This document shows positions 10,681-21,844 of a stretch of DNA of 41,930 nt, in pieces. The translations under genes were made by a program, and so were the position numbers. Each line of letters starts with the position of its first letter. The first letter of the stretch is position 1. The stretch spans positions 62,001 to 103,930 of the forward strand of contig LVLI01000063.1 of the NCBI GenBank assembly GCA_001687465.1. The letters are read 5' to 3'. This stretch comes from Halocafeteria seosinensis (Eukaryota). The notes under the pieces were generated by a model. The model saw only the letters and a program-made list of their open reading frames with translations, searched no databases and was not told the DNA's origin.

Positions 10681-12862
10681 TCACCGTGGGATGGACCAGC
10701 GACGTCTACTGAGAGGTGCTTCTCTCTCTACAATAGCGGAAGTTTGTTCAAGAATCTCGTTGTGCGCTTCTTCCCTGACTGTTTCGGGGTAAACAGCGAG
10801 TGAACTGCGCCGCGCTGCCAACTTCTTCCGTTTTCTCCAACTACTTACCATCATTTTCGTGCGGGCAATACTAGTCAGAGTGTCTAAAACAGTAGATGGA
10901 AGTTCAATTGATCTGTGTAGAGGTGGCAGTATCGGTTTAGTTTCCATACTGAATGATCCTACGTAACATCCTCGCAGGAACTTATGATATCTGAGACTGT
11001 CCAAGGTTGGTCTTTTGTCGGGGTCTTTGTCTAGTAGGCTAGCAATGAGGCTAGTTGCTTCCTGGGGTATATCAGATCGTTCAGGAAAATGCAATTCTTT
11101 GTCCTTGATATTCTTGTATATCTGCATCAAATTGGTCCCGGAAAATGGCGTCCTTCCGTATAGTAGCATATACAGCGTGATACCGGCTGCCCACACGTCA
11201 GCCAGCTTTGCAGAGAAGTGTTTGCCCGTGAGCGTTTCCGGAGCCTGGAAACTCGCGGTACCTGCGGTGCTTCTGACCAAATCATTGTCTGATTTAAAGA
11301 CTTGTGCTACTCCGAAGTCACCAAGTTTCAGGATCATTCCATGACGTTCCGCCGTGCTAATAGAATTCCGCCGTTTTTTACCTGCACTGTTGCCACTCCA
11401 CTCAACGTCTGTAGTGCCGTGATCTTTCTTGTTACACTCAATGTCGCCTTCCAACATTGACAGTTCCCGTTCGCTTACTACCTCAGACACCGTGTCTTCG
11501 GTTTCCGAAAATCGTCGAGAGTTATGTGACTTGTTTGACTTGCTCCATTTGGATAATAGTGACCGAGCAAGCCCTTCATCCGTTGCCCTAGTGATAGCTT
11601 GATACTCATTATACGGCTTGGACTTCAACTCGTATTTCTGCGGAATTTTGATTAGCATATTTCCTGGTTTGATGTCTCTATGTGCGATCTGCGGGAGCGA
11701 AAACACTGTGAGGGCAGCCTGGAATCGAAGAACGTCATGGCTTACGTTAAACTTATGAATGTAACTAAGAGCATCAACCAGCTGAGCGAAAAAGTAGCGA
11801 GTATCCTCGACATCTATCGGCTCATGTTCCATCTCGTCTGGCATAACCGAACCTCCGTTGACAAACTCGGATATTAAGTAAATCCTGTCATCAGCTGCAG
11901 TGATTCTATACATATCAACTCTGAACGCTACCAAGCAACATACCCAGTTTGCTTACCAGGATCGCTTATCACTTCCATAAGCTTCACTAAGTTAGGATGA
12001 TTCAAGCTTTTCCAGATTTCGCTCTCTTCCTCAACATCTGTTGAATTTTTCTTCCGCAGATGTTGCTTCTTCAGAAAACTTCGTTTGAGTACTTTCGCTG
12101 CATATGTGTTTCCGTCTTTCATCGAAATACACCGGTGCACTGTTCCATAAGCACCATGGCCAATTTCTTCATATAGAACATAATCATTAACTATAATATT
12201 TCCATGCTCATCACGGGATACTGTGACATTCGATGTTTCCCGAATGCGCTTTGAGTAGCGGGAATGCTTCCACCTCTCATGAGCCGCAGTCAGAGTATGA
12301 ACCTTGGTTTCTGTCAATTTTGCTTCACTTGGCCCCCCTTTAGTCTTAGATCGAATCAACGATGAGGGAGAATTACGATTCGCGATTTTGAAAGCCGCTC
12401 TTGAACCGTCCTCGCTTGAGGGGAATCTGGGAGTATAGGGTGGGGTTTTATCAGTTGCATCCGTAATTACGCTTTCTTTCTCGACATTTTCTTTCTTCAA
12501 ACGCTTGGATCGGGGTTTCTTAGGAGCAACAACTTTCGGCTGTGTTTTATCGACTAGCGTTTGAACCTCGGTTTCAGATCTAGATTCCAGTGAAGGAGCT
12601 TCGATGATTCTTCTTCGAGACTGATAATTCTCTGCTTCTGATGAAGCTGCATTACCTAAGCAATGTAGACGCCCCATCCCACATCATGTTCATTCTCAAG
12701 CAACGACTTACATCGAATTCTACGGACTTCTATCCCTCCTTTGGGGGAACATTTGGAAGAGTTGACGCTCTCCGTCTCGGTGCTATGTATCGGATATACG
12801 CTAATCGGTTCCTTTATCCCCTGCTCATCAGCCACAGCACTTTTGGTACTGCAAGCACCCAT
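10681..12862 (-). CDS. Ser/Thr kinase, CaMKK/SAK1/GRIK-like; exons 12862-12712, 12655-11957, 11894-11746, 11688-10681
   Basis: VNDY..IGHGAYGTV, YAAKVL, HPNLVKLMEVI, HRDIKPGN, DFG, TAGTASFQAPE, DVWAAG. Three introns of 56, 62 and 57 nt. N-terminal MGACS acylation motif. The extreme 3' end is uncertain. Confidence 0.88.
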
Positions 12863-13410
12863 GTCAGGTGGACAGGGGCGGACCGATGTCTATGCCAGTG
12901 AAATCCAAACTATTGGTCGCTGTCCCGGTGGTATGTGCTTACACACAGCTTCCATGATTGGTGTTGGTGATAGAAGGCTTTACTTTCTTGTAGTGAATTT
13001 CTATACCAGGAGGCTCATGCAAGCCAGAGAGCGACTGCCTCTCATACCGAACGTTCACGACACCAACCGACCATATTTACTGTGCAGGATGCCCTTGCGT
13101 ATAGGTTATCAACAATAGGGACTATGATCAATTAATTATTAGTACAGTACTGCCGCAGCTTCTCCCTGTAACCCTATACTTACTCTATTAACGGTTCAAC
13201 TTGTAAAGCAGGTTTTAAATGCTACTAATGTGAAGCTCAAAACCCGCCCGAAGCGGCCAGTTTCGCTCATTCTCCGCGCGTTCGTCACCGAGGTATGTGG
13301 CAACAGAAACCGAGGGGTGGGGTAAATGTCCTTCATCCACGTGCGGTATCGTTTTATTATTTGTTTTGACACAGAAGTCTGAAGTGTCAACACATCTTAC
13401 ACGCACGCGA

Positions 13411-15869
13411 TCATCTCTTCATACCAACCTGCTTCAAGAATTTCTTCACGGAATAATTGTCTTGATCTACCGGTGGCAAGTAAGTTCCGAGAAATCGTCG
13501 AACCCAGTAATTACCGATCTCTATGTACTCAGAAGACTTCGACGCCATGTCCTCAAGCTCTTTTCCCGTGTGACTGATAGGACTGGCACTGCTGCGCTTG
13601 TCCACAATGTAGGCTCGTCCTGGAGCTGGCCATTCCCATTGGGTGGGGAACTGCAACTGGATGGCTCGATCCTCAAACAAGAANATTGTACCGTTTGACA
13701 TTATTCGAGGAAGCGTATCCCACCCGGGAGGAATGAACCGATATTCCCAGAGACTGGCTCGCACAGCTGTTGGAGGCGATGATGCCTCTGGAAATGGATT
13801 CTTGACGAAAAAGGAATGCATGGTTTCATCTCCGTTCAGTAGATTATCAATCAACTTAACTAGCCACGGGTACTGTTGATAATTGCCCATGGCGGCAAAC
13901 CACATTAGCCAATCCATGCGAAGATGATAGGGGGAAATTACACATGGCCTGCATTCAAGAAGAAAGTACTACGTTTCTTCAGACTAGTACGTCGTCCTAC
14001 GCGTAGCATAAAACACGTTACCTGCGTGAAACGTCCCCTGGCTTACAAGGGAACTCGTAGGGAATCCATTTGGACGCTGGTGAGAGGTAATCCGAGGAGT
14101 TCGTGCCTTCGATGATAATCTCAGGTCTAGTCTTGCCAAGTGAGCCAAACGCTCCGTACTGCGTAACCGAGAGTGATTCAGCTGAATGCATATGCTACTG
14201 AAGAGTATTCCCACTTACAGTGTTGACGATTAGAAGAGGGTCGAAGCCTCTGTTCATAGCCTGTGTAGGCGACAGCATATTTTCCACGACTGGAATACTC
14301 ATTCTGCATATAAGCAGTCCAATAGCGGAGGAGACAAGCAAGCGAGTATATTTTCGCAGTCTGAAGAGAACTCCTTGATGGGCTTTTGCCACACTCTGCC
14401 GGTTGCTCGTCCAGAATAATTCTGCGTTCCTTGCTCTTTCAACAGTTGACTTTGAAAAAATATAGGTGTAGAACATGTCGTCAAAGCATGCCAACGCAGG
14501 GACGATGGTCAAATAGTTAAGAAACGATAGATTCCCAGAAGATATGAGAACCAGTTGGAAAGCCACTTGTATAGCTCCTCCAGCGAGTCTCCAAATGCGT
14601 GGCATGACCAACAAAAATGGAGCGATGAGTTCCACAAAATGGTTAACTAGCGTCTCCAAACGGTGCATGAAGACCGGTGAGTGGTGATAGAACCAGCTCA
14701 GAGGATTAGGAACTGTAAACGCAAACAAGTAAGCATGCTACAAAAGCGGCCTGTACTTTACACATGAGTACCATCTTCTTACTTGGTTGAGTCTCGTAAT
14801 GGTACATCATACAAGTCAGGTCTCGCCAACATTGGTCTCCTCGCACCTTGATCAGGCCCGCACCAAACATTATTCGCATAATTAGCCATCTGCGGTTCGG
14901 AAGTTTAGCATGTTAAGTCTCTTCAAGCTATCATCCTTATGGGCTTACCGGTACGCCCAGATAATTATGTAGCGAGGGGGGCTTTCTTTCGGAATGTATT
15001 CGAGTGAAAATAAAGGCACCAGCCACATTGCAAGAAACCCGGTTTCAAGTAGTTGACTCTCCCATCCAAATCCGTACCATCTTTGTCCAACTGTGCGATG
15101 TGACAGCGGCATTGGGGAACTCAACGCTTCATGTCGAAGATGACTTACCTGTATTTACTGAATGGTATAGCACCCATAAGGCAAGCATGCAGAAAAAATT
15201 TGCACTTCCGTTAAACAGGATAAGGCTTGATATAATGAGTCCTGCAGCAGGAATTGCCCTCAGGGTTTGATCAGAGCACCCAGTGAACCACAAGACAGTA
15301 GGCGCTGAGTAAAATCTCGTGAACGCGTCCGCATGCACAAGACCGGTTGATTGTTCCAGGGTTCGTAAATAATGACAAGCAGGGGTAAGCCCTCTTGATC
15401 CTATAAGACTATCGTTTTGCAGTAGCGCAACCAGAAAAGCAACAGCGTATAGAAACGCAATTGCTCGAACCAGGACGATTCGAGTCAGCCAGTGAGAACT
15501 TGTTAACAGCTCGTTCTTGGATGGAGCTTTCTCCTGGAGGTCTTTTCCGTCCCATTTCCGTTCTTGGCGTTTGCTTGTGGAGGTAGGTGTTTGCATTTGG
15601 TTATCGTGAGTCACAGCCCCCACCGTCGAAGCAGTGGTAGATTTTGACGAGGATGACATTATTTCGCAGGTATCTTCGCTCTCTTCTTGTTTCTGTCTCT
15701 CAGAAGTTACGTTTGACGACAAACTATTGCGCCGTGTGTTATCATGCATACTATCGTTGTGGTCCGTGGCATTAAGGTTGTCTGAGTCTTCATGTTCGAC
15801 AGCTGTCGACGCTTCCTCGACGGCGGCCGATGATTGCTTAGATTTCCGGGCAGGCTTCCGTCTTCCCAT
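13411..15869 (-). CDS. LMF1: Lipase maturation factor family protein; exons 15869-15149, 15090-14949, 14889-14783, 14712-14219, 14158-14022, 13948-13411
   Basis: The spliced product has WYGFGWESQLLETGF, GAGLIKVRGDQCWRDLTC, YETQPIPNPLSW, SGNLSFLN, NTYGAFG, YEFPCKPG and PYHLRMDWLMWFAA. One ambiguous base (N) at 13684. Confidence 0.93.
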
Positions 15870-17819
15870 ACTGCCTCCCTAATGAATGTCGACTGCTACA
15901 CACAAGAAAGAGAGGTGTTCTCGTACATAGTGGCCAGCCACAAACAATAATCCTCTTTGCCTGGAATCCCTGGATACAGTGCATGTAGAACAAAGACATG
16001 GATGTCATGGAATCGAAGCTTCACAACGCATCAGCGCTTCACAAGCCATACCATGCTGCTGGGTATTGATTTCGTAATTTTGACTATGGATCTACGTCAT
16101 GTGTAGATAGAAATTGTTTCCCCAGGACTGCAACCTTTACACAACTAGTAGGCCAATGCCTAGCGGCCCAATACACACAGTTTGGGCATTTCACAACCAC
16201 TGGCTGGCTAAACCTGGCTTGTAAATGAGTGGCATCTAACCCTTCTGTGGAGTATTTACTGTGATACACGACGTATACGGGCGTATCTCAAAAGCACACC
16301 AGTTGTAAGTTCTGAAACAACAATGCTTTGAACATTTGGACGAAAAAGAACTTCTTAAAGAAGCAAGTTTGACCTGTGATCTGCAGGAGCTGCATGTTGC
16401 TACCAAAAATTGTTCAGCAACATACAGAGAATACTACAACGCAGTGCTTCGAACCAAATTTTCCGAATGTCTCCTGAATTCGTGGCCAGCCGAAGGAAGC
16501 TTGCCCTAGTGTACACTGTGTTAGCCGAGGACCAACGGTAGGACCAGTCCGACCAGTATAGCACAGCGACGGTCCACGACTGCGGGTGAGGGCAAAAAAA
16601 TTCTACTAGGGAGCGCCTTCCTTCGGTGAAGTAGTGTTTCTTCACTCTGGAAGGCCATTCCGCAATACCGAACCAACGCTTTGCTCCTAGCTTCGCTGCT
16701 TAACATGGGCGCATACTGCGCCTCGTTAAGAGGGTGCGGTCAACTTCCTGCCAGTTCCTGGTCGGTGGAGTGGCTGTCACATGTGTATGTGTGTATGTGC
16801 CTAGCTTCCAGTCGTTTTGGCAGCTCCATGGCACCACAGACTAGCTCGTTTTCCGACTCTTTCAAGTTGCTTCAGTATGCACATCCAGTCTGGAACAACC
16901 ATTTGGCTGTTTGGCCGAAAGTCCGCAAGCCCTCTCACCAGTATGCTTAGGTATGATGTAGACATGGCTTCCTCAAGGCTTGGGATGTCGGACAATAAGA
17001 ATTCACCTGTCGAAGACTACATGAATGTAGAGGGATAGTACATGGATTACCCTTCAGAAAGCTAGTTTGACTCTGATGCCTTCTCGCTTCACCCGATAGT
17101 ACCGAAGAGTCACTTCCCAACTGATCGAAGGAGAGGTAGACAAATCGTAAGGGAGAACAACAGAAAAATGTTATCCTGATTAAGCGTTATCTTTCAGACA
17201 CCAAACAGTCCTGTGGCGAACACCAGTGAGCCAGTTTAGCTCATGTGGCTCTTTATATGGGAGAAGGTCCTCACAGTCGACATGTATGGAGACCTTCCGA
17301 ACACACAATCCAGTTATGGCAAAATAAGGAAACCGCAGAAGTACTTTCTTGAAGAGCTGTTTGACACTGTAAACGACAGGAAAGAGGTAGAAAAATCTGG
17401 GATTGTAATGAAGTTGGGCGGGTTTGTATCCATCAGGAGTTGTGGGAATTCCTTATTTTTACTCATATACTTCACCTGCTCATCTAAAAACTCTATGGAT
17501 GAGTTGTGGAACAGAATTCAAGCAATCAGTAGTGTATCTGCTTCTGACACAATGAGTGCCGACTGAGTGAAGTTGACGTCTGGGCGAGGAGCCTCACTGA
17601 CGCCCTTCTAACTTTGTTAATACGCACATGCTGAATTGAACATGCATCTTACGCCGTGTAGTAAACTCAAAGAGGAATATTGTTTTGGATTTTCAATTCG
17701 TGATGCATTTCTCTGCAGAAATCTACGTTAACAGAGGTTGCACTTTCAGCTTGGCTGCATATGCTACTTTAAGGGAACTATATATGTATTAGTATTGCTC
17801 CTACCGGGACGTGTAGGGA

Positions 17820-19769
17820 CTATGTGGGAACTATGCTTCTGGCGATAGCAGATCCTGCTTCCGCTGCCAAGCTCGTACCCCCGGAGCTCGCAACGGGGAT
17901 CACAAAGGACCTGATCACACCACTGATGTTTTCAAAGCTGAATATTGGCTTCTCGATTGTGACAGTGTGCAATGCCCATACCAAAAACATGGACGAGGGC
18001 ATTATCCACGTGAAGATACCTTTTTGTATTGACACTCCCAGGCCATCATCGATGAAACTAGTCAAGGCTTCCTCAGAAAAATTGTCACATTTCATTCTGA
18101 TTTCTTGTGTCTTGAGTGGCTGGAAGTTGTCTAACGTCTCCGCCTTCACTTCTGTTAGATTGAGTTTTCCGTTCTCATACTGAAGGGATTGAAACAATTT
18201 CTTGTTGCGATTGTAGCACTCCTCCAGAACTTCTCCATAAAACACATTTCTCGTAGCTGCGATTAACAGTTCAACCGGTCTCGTCGCTAAAACGTCATGA
18301 CAGTTCTCCAAATTCGGCTTCCGGCCTGGCACCTTACGCAGCGCTCGAGTATTGGTGCCTTGAAAAAATGTAACGAGGTAGCACAATCTTGCTGTGTCTT
18401 CATCGTTCATGTCATATTCCAGTATCCTCGATACCACCCTATAGTCTGTGGTACTTGCCACATCAATAATCCAGGATTCGTATTTGGTCGAGTTAAGATC
18501 CGGGGACTCCAACACTAGAGGAAAGCGGGCCTTCAGTATGGGTTGTGTCAACGCATCCTTGTTGATTAGCAGTGGTAGCGCATGGCTTGATCCAGTGACA
18601 CACACCGCAATACTTTTCCCGAAGCCATGCTGCGAAAGGGCTCCCAGTTCATTTAAGCTTTCCATGAGGGTTGGTACAGCATCATTATCTGACGGCATTG
18701 TATAGAGCTCATCAAGCTCGTCTATCAGAAGTAGACAATATTTATTCTGATTATGAAGGGCATTGGCACATCGTTTTTCAATGCTTCCCATGCCGCAACG
18801 GGCATGGGAAACTCCGGCTGCTTCGAGAAGTGCAGACAGTGTCTCTCCTATACTCTTGAGACGCAGCCACCAGTGGTTTCCTTTATAAGAGACATAAATT
18901 GGTAGAACTTGGTTACCATAAACAAACGGTGCTAGTTCCGTGAAAATCTGAAACGTCGTAGTTTTCCCTATACCTTTGGGACCAACCAAAACCCTAGAGT
19001 GCTCTCCTTCTGAGTCGTCAAACATGCCTGCTAGATGTGAATGAACCATGACCGCTAACTGGCTCAGCACTGAGATGTGCGTCGACGTCTTGTACATGGG
19101 AGAGGGCGCGGACCCGGAGCAGGGCACAGGTGTTACCCCGTCCCTGTGTTTCATCAGTTTTTCAAAGCAAGTGAATAATTCATCACCGCTTAATGGACGT
19201 GAGTTGACCTTTGCTACCTTGAGGATTTCTGCTGTTGCGTCGTCGTTGCGTAACTCTCCCTGAACTTGCCGAATCGCATCATCAGAATAGTTATCACCCG
19301 TAGGGATTAGGAAATATGGTTCTGCACCGAAGAGGAAGATCATTCGAAGGTCTCCCATTTGCAGGCATAAAAAGCATGACTTACTTGCTTCTACAAGAAC
19401 AAACGGTCCCAGAGACTCGAATATGCCCTGTAAGTAGATTGTCCGAAGAGTTTTATCCGACACGCCATGCTCCAACAACGCCTTCGACATCGCTTTGGAC
19501 GTGTACTCAACGTTGTCCTCCTCTACCTTCCCTAGGAATTCCTCGAACGCCTGTTTGTGAGAATAAGGGTCATGCTTGTTGAGGCCCTCTAACTTGTTTG
19601 TTAGATATTGAATGAGTTGACTTTTGGCTGTTAAGGGCTCGGCAGAGCCCCCAGAAGGCGTGGAAGGTCTTCCTCCTGGTTTTACAAGGAACAATGTGAG
19701 GATAGAGTAGATACAAGCTACAATTCAGTTACTGTTTGGTACGTGCTCCTGTCACTTACCTGATGACAT
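17820..19769 (-). CDS. P-loop NTPase (Crinkler-associated/STAND-AAA-like) with helical N-terminal domain; 10-nt first exon 19769-19760
   Basis: Walker A VLVGPKGIGKTT, Walker B LLLIDELDELY, downstream strand VCVTGSS. ATGTCATCAG|GTAAGT splices in frame to either of two acceptors (19718 or 19676). Confidence 0.72.
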
Positions 19770-20099
19770 AGCAACTGGCCACAGTATTTACAATGGAACG
19801 TAACAAAAAGCTCTATATGAAACATCGCCAAGAAACCACCCTGTTTCTGTGTATAAACCAATCCGGGAAAGTAAGTAAGTTAGTTAACAGCAAACGATCG
19901 TTCAGTAAAGGATCTGGTGAGCGGTTTTCAACTTGTGAAGCACGCTGTCAGCTGAGCGCTGAGCGGCTGACACCGCTGACATTCACAACCAAGCCAAACG
20001 GTTGATTGCTGTGAGGTAGGATACCAATGCCCTGAAGGGAGTCGGTCAGTTCTTGGACGATATGTATGTATGGCTGAACAAGGCGATTCCGTTTTTCCA

Positions 20100-20772
20100 G
20101 TCGATTCGACGACTTTGATTGAAACAATAGCGTAGAGAGCATGAATGAAGCCATGAAACCGGCTACAAACACAAACGTAGACATCTTGCAGGGTTTAATT
20201 CACTTCGTCATCATGGAGCGCGATCGGTATGTAACGTATCAAGATGAAGCCTCTAAGTGGAACGAAAAGGGATATAAGCTGACTCCTGTTGCTCAACATC
20301 AGAATGAAGGTAGAAGGTGAGCACCCACAAGTGGAGCCGACTCCAAGTAGAGACGGCCAACGAAGCTCACACCGTCACACTTAGTTCCAAAACGTGCACT
20401 TGTGGAGTCCCTACTGCTGATGGTGAGCCCTGTGTTCACGTATACGCTGCTGCCAAGAGGAAAGGTTTCTCTGATACAGACGTCTTTCCTCATGACTACT
20501 TTACCGTACAGCGGTGGTTGCAACAGTTCCCTCCTGACGGAAACTTTGCAGTTGTCACATCCAACGATTTAAAGATGAAGGTGAAACGGGACGGCCTGCT
20601 CAACGAGGGAGATCGTAAACTTTCGCTTCCAGTGACTTCTCCACCTAAAGGAAGACTACGGAAACATAGGCGAATCCTTGGCTCGATGGAACAAAATCGA
20701 AATGGCAAGAGACGAAGATGTTCCAAGTGCGGCGGAAGTAATCACAAAAAGCGCACCTGCAACGAACTGTGA
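20100..20772 (+). mobile_element. Decayed MULE/MuDR (Mutator) transposase, C-terminal part
   Basis: NNSVESMN (MULE catalytic-Glu motif) at 20123. After a frameshift come a SWIM finger CTCGVPTADGEPCVH, PPKGR and a CCHC knuckle CSKCGGSNHKKRTC. Stops and frameshifts lie upstream. Confidence 0.82.
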
Positions 20773-21149
20773 CATCAGTTAACCAATGCACGGATCGCAA
20801 ACATCGTTGCTCCAACGTATGCCCTGGTATCGTGCGTAAAGCGACTGGAAAACCAATGGCGAATCCCTACAACTTTTCCACCTCCGCATGACATGTTTGG
20901 GTTGTCTCGGCGCATTCTGTTGTATACAAGTAAAACAAAGCATGATATTTAATCTATAAACATTGACAATGTGGCTGGTAACTCGCATAACATACTGAAA
21001 TAGACCTCTTATGTCGGATGACACCACGCCTTAGTCTTCAACACTCCCAAATGCATCCTACACAGGGCAAATAAGCATATCATTAGTAGTAAGGGTATCA
21101 CAAAATAATGTATTTCAATCAAATGTGTGTTGCATACCATCCCATACCA

Positions 21150-21744
21150 TTACTATGGCAATACAGCGACATATGTTCCACATGGGCTTCAAATCCCCCT
21201 TCAACTTGCTGTTATCGCAGATTTGCAAACAAAAAAGTCGCAGTTATAGCAAAGCTGAAATTTCCAAACACCGTTATAAGAAAAATGAAAATTCCTGATA
21301 TCAGAAACGATACGAAGCGATGGATCGCTCCGTTCGCTATATCTTTGGGATGTCCAAAAACAACCCCGCTAGTAGCTACAAAAGTAAAGGCGCGGGAACA
21401 GTTGTGGCCATTGGCCATGACGAATCTGAATTAGGGTTCGGTTACGCCTCGGTTCCACGTCGGGGATTGAAAGAAAGGCTAAAACGATACGTACTTAAGG
21501 TCATCGCCGTCAAAGAGTGGGGAGCATCAAAGCACTGTTACAAGTGCCATAACGTTATGGCCGATTCTATATTCCAAGGAGTCAAAGTCAACTAAATTGG
21601 AAGTGTGTCTACACTGCGTAAATTCTGTTGACAGTTCTCTATATTTATCGGGATGTAAATGCGTGTCAGAATAATGGACAAATTTTCTGGGCTCGGTTTC
21701 ACAAGAGATCGAGGCCTAGCTGCTTTTGTCCTCAATTCCAATAG
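21150..21744 (+). pseudogene. Fanzor1 (eukaryotic TnpB-like RNA-guided RuvC nuclease), frameshifted C-terminal half
   Basis: Stitched across frames: IRKMK/FL...MDRSV...VVAIGHD...P..LKERLKRYV.VIAVKEWGASKHCYKC (RuvC-II E and CxxC) / KLEVCLHC (second CxxC) / YRDVNACQN (RuvC-III D)...RPSCF..stop at 21742-21744. RuvC-I was not found. Confidence 0.82.
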
Positions 21745-21837
21745 TTAGTATCAACAAGAGTCATGTCGGTTTTAAATAGAAACCCGGGACCTGTGGCGTC
21801 ACTCCTATCTCATTCTAGCCCTGGTCTCCTATTTTTT
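21745..21837 (+). ncRNA. Candidate omegaRNA scaffold / element right end downstream of Fanzor1
   Basis: Lies directly 3' of the Fanzor stop. Hairpin GGTTTT-AAATA-GAAACC and a second possible pairing GGGACC...GGTCTC. Ends in T6. Inference only. Confidence 0.3.
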
Positions 21838-21844
21838 AAAAAAA

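Noticed and set aside
10442..10684. Extra last exon of the kinase
   Set aside because: It would need a weak GTGACA donor and has no homology support.
16084..17566. Short ORFs as intact genes
   Set aside because: Fragmented by stops in all frames. The resemblance to effector nuclease/kinase relics is too weak to call.
19780..21844. Terminal inverted repeats/TSD for the MULE-Fanzor element
   Set aside because: No reverse-complement match to the right-end sequence was found by eye.
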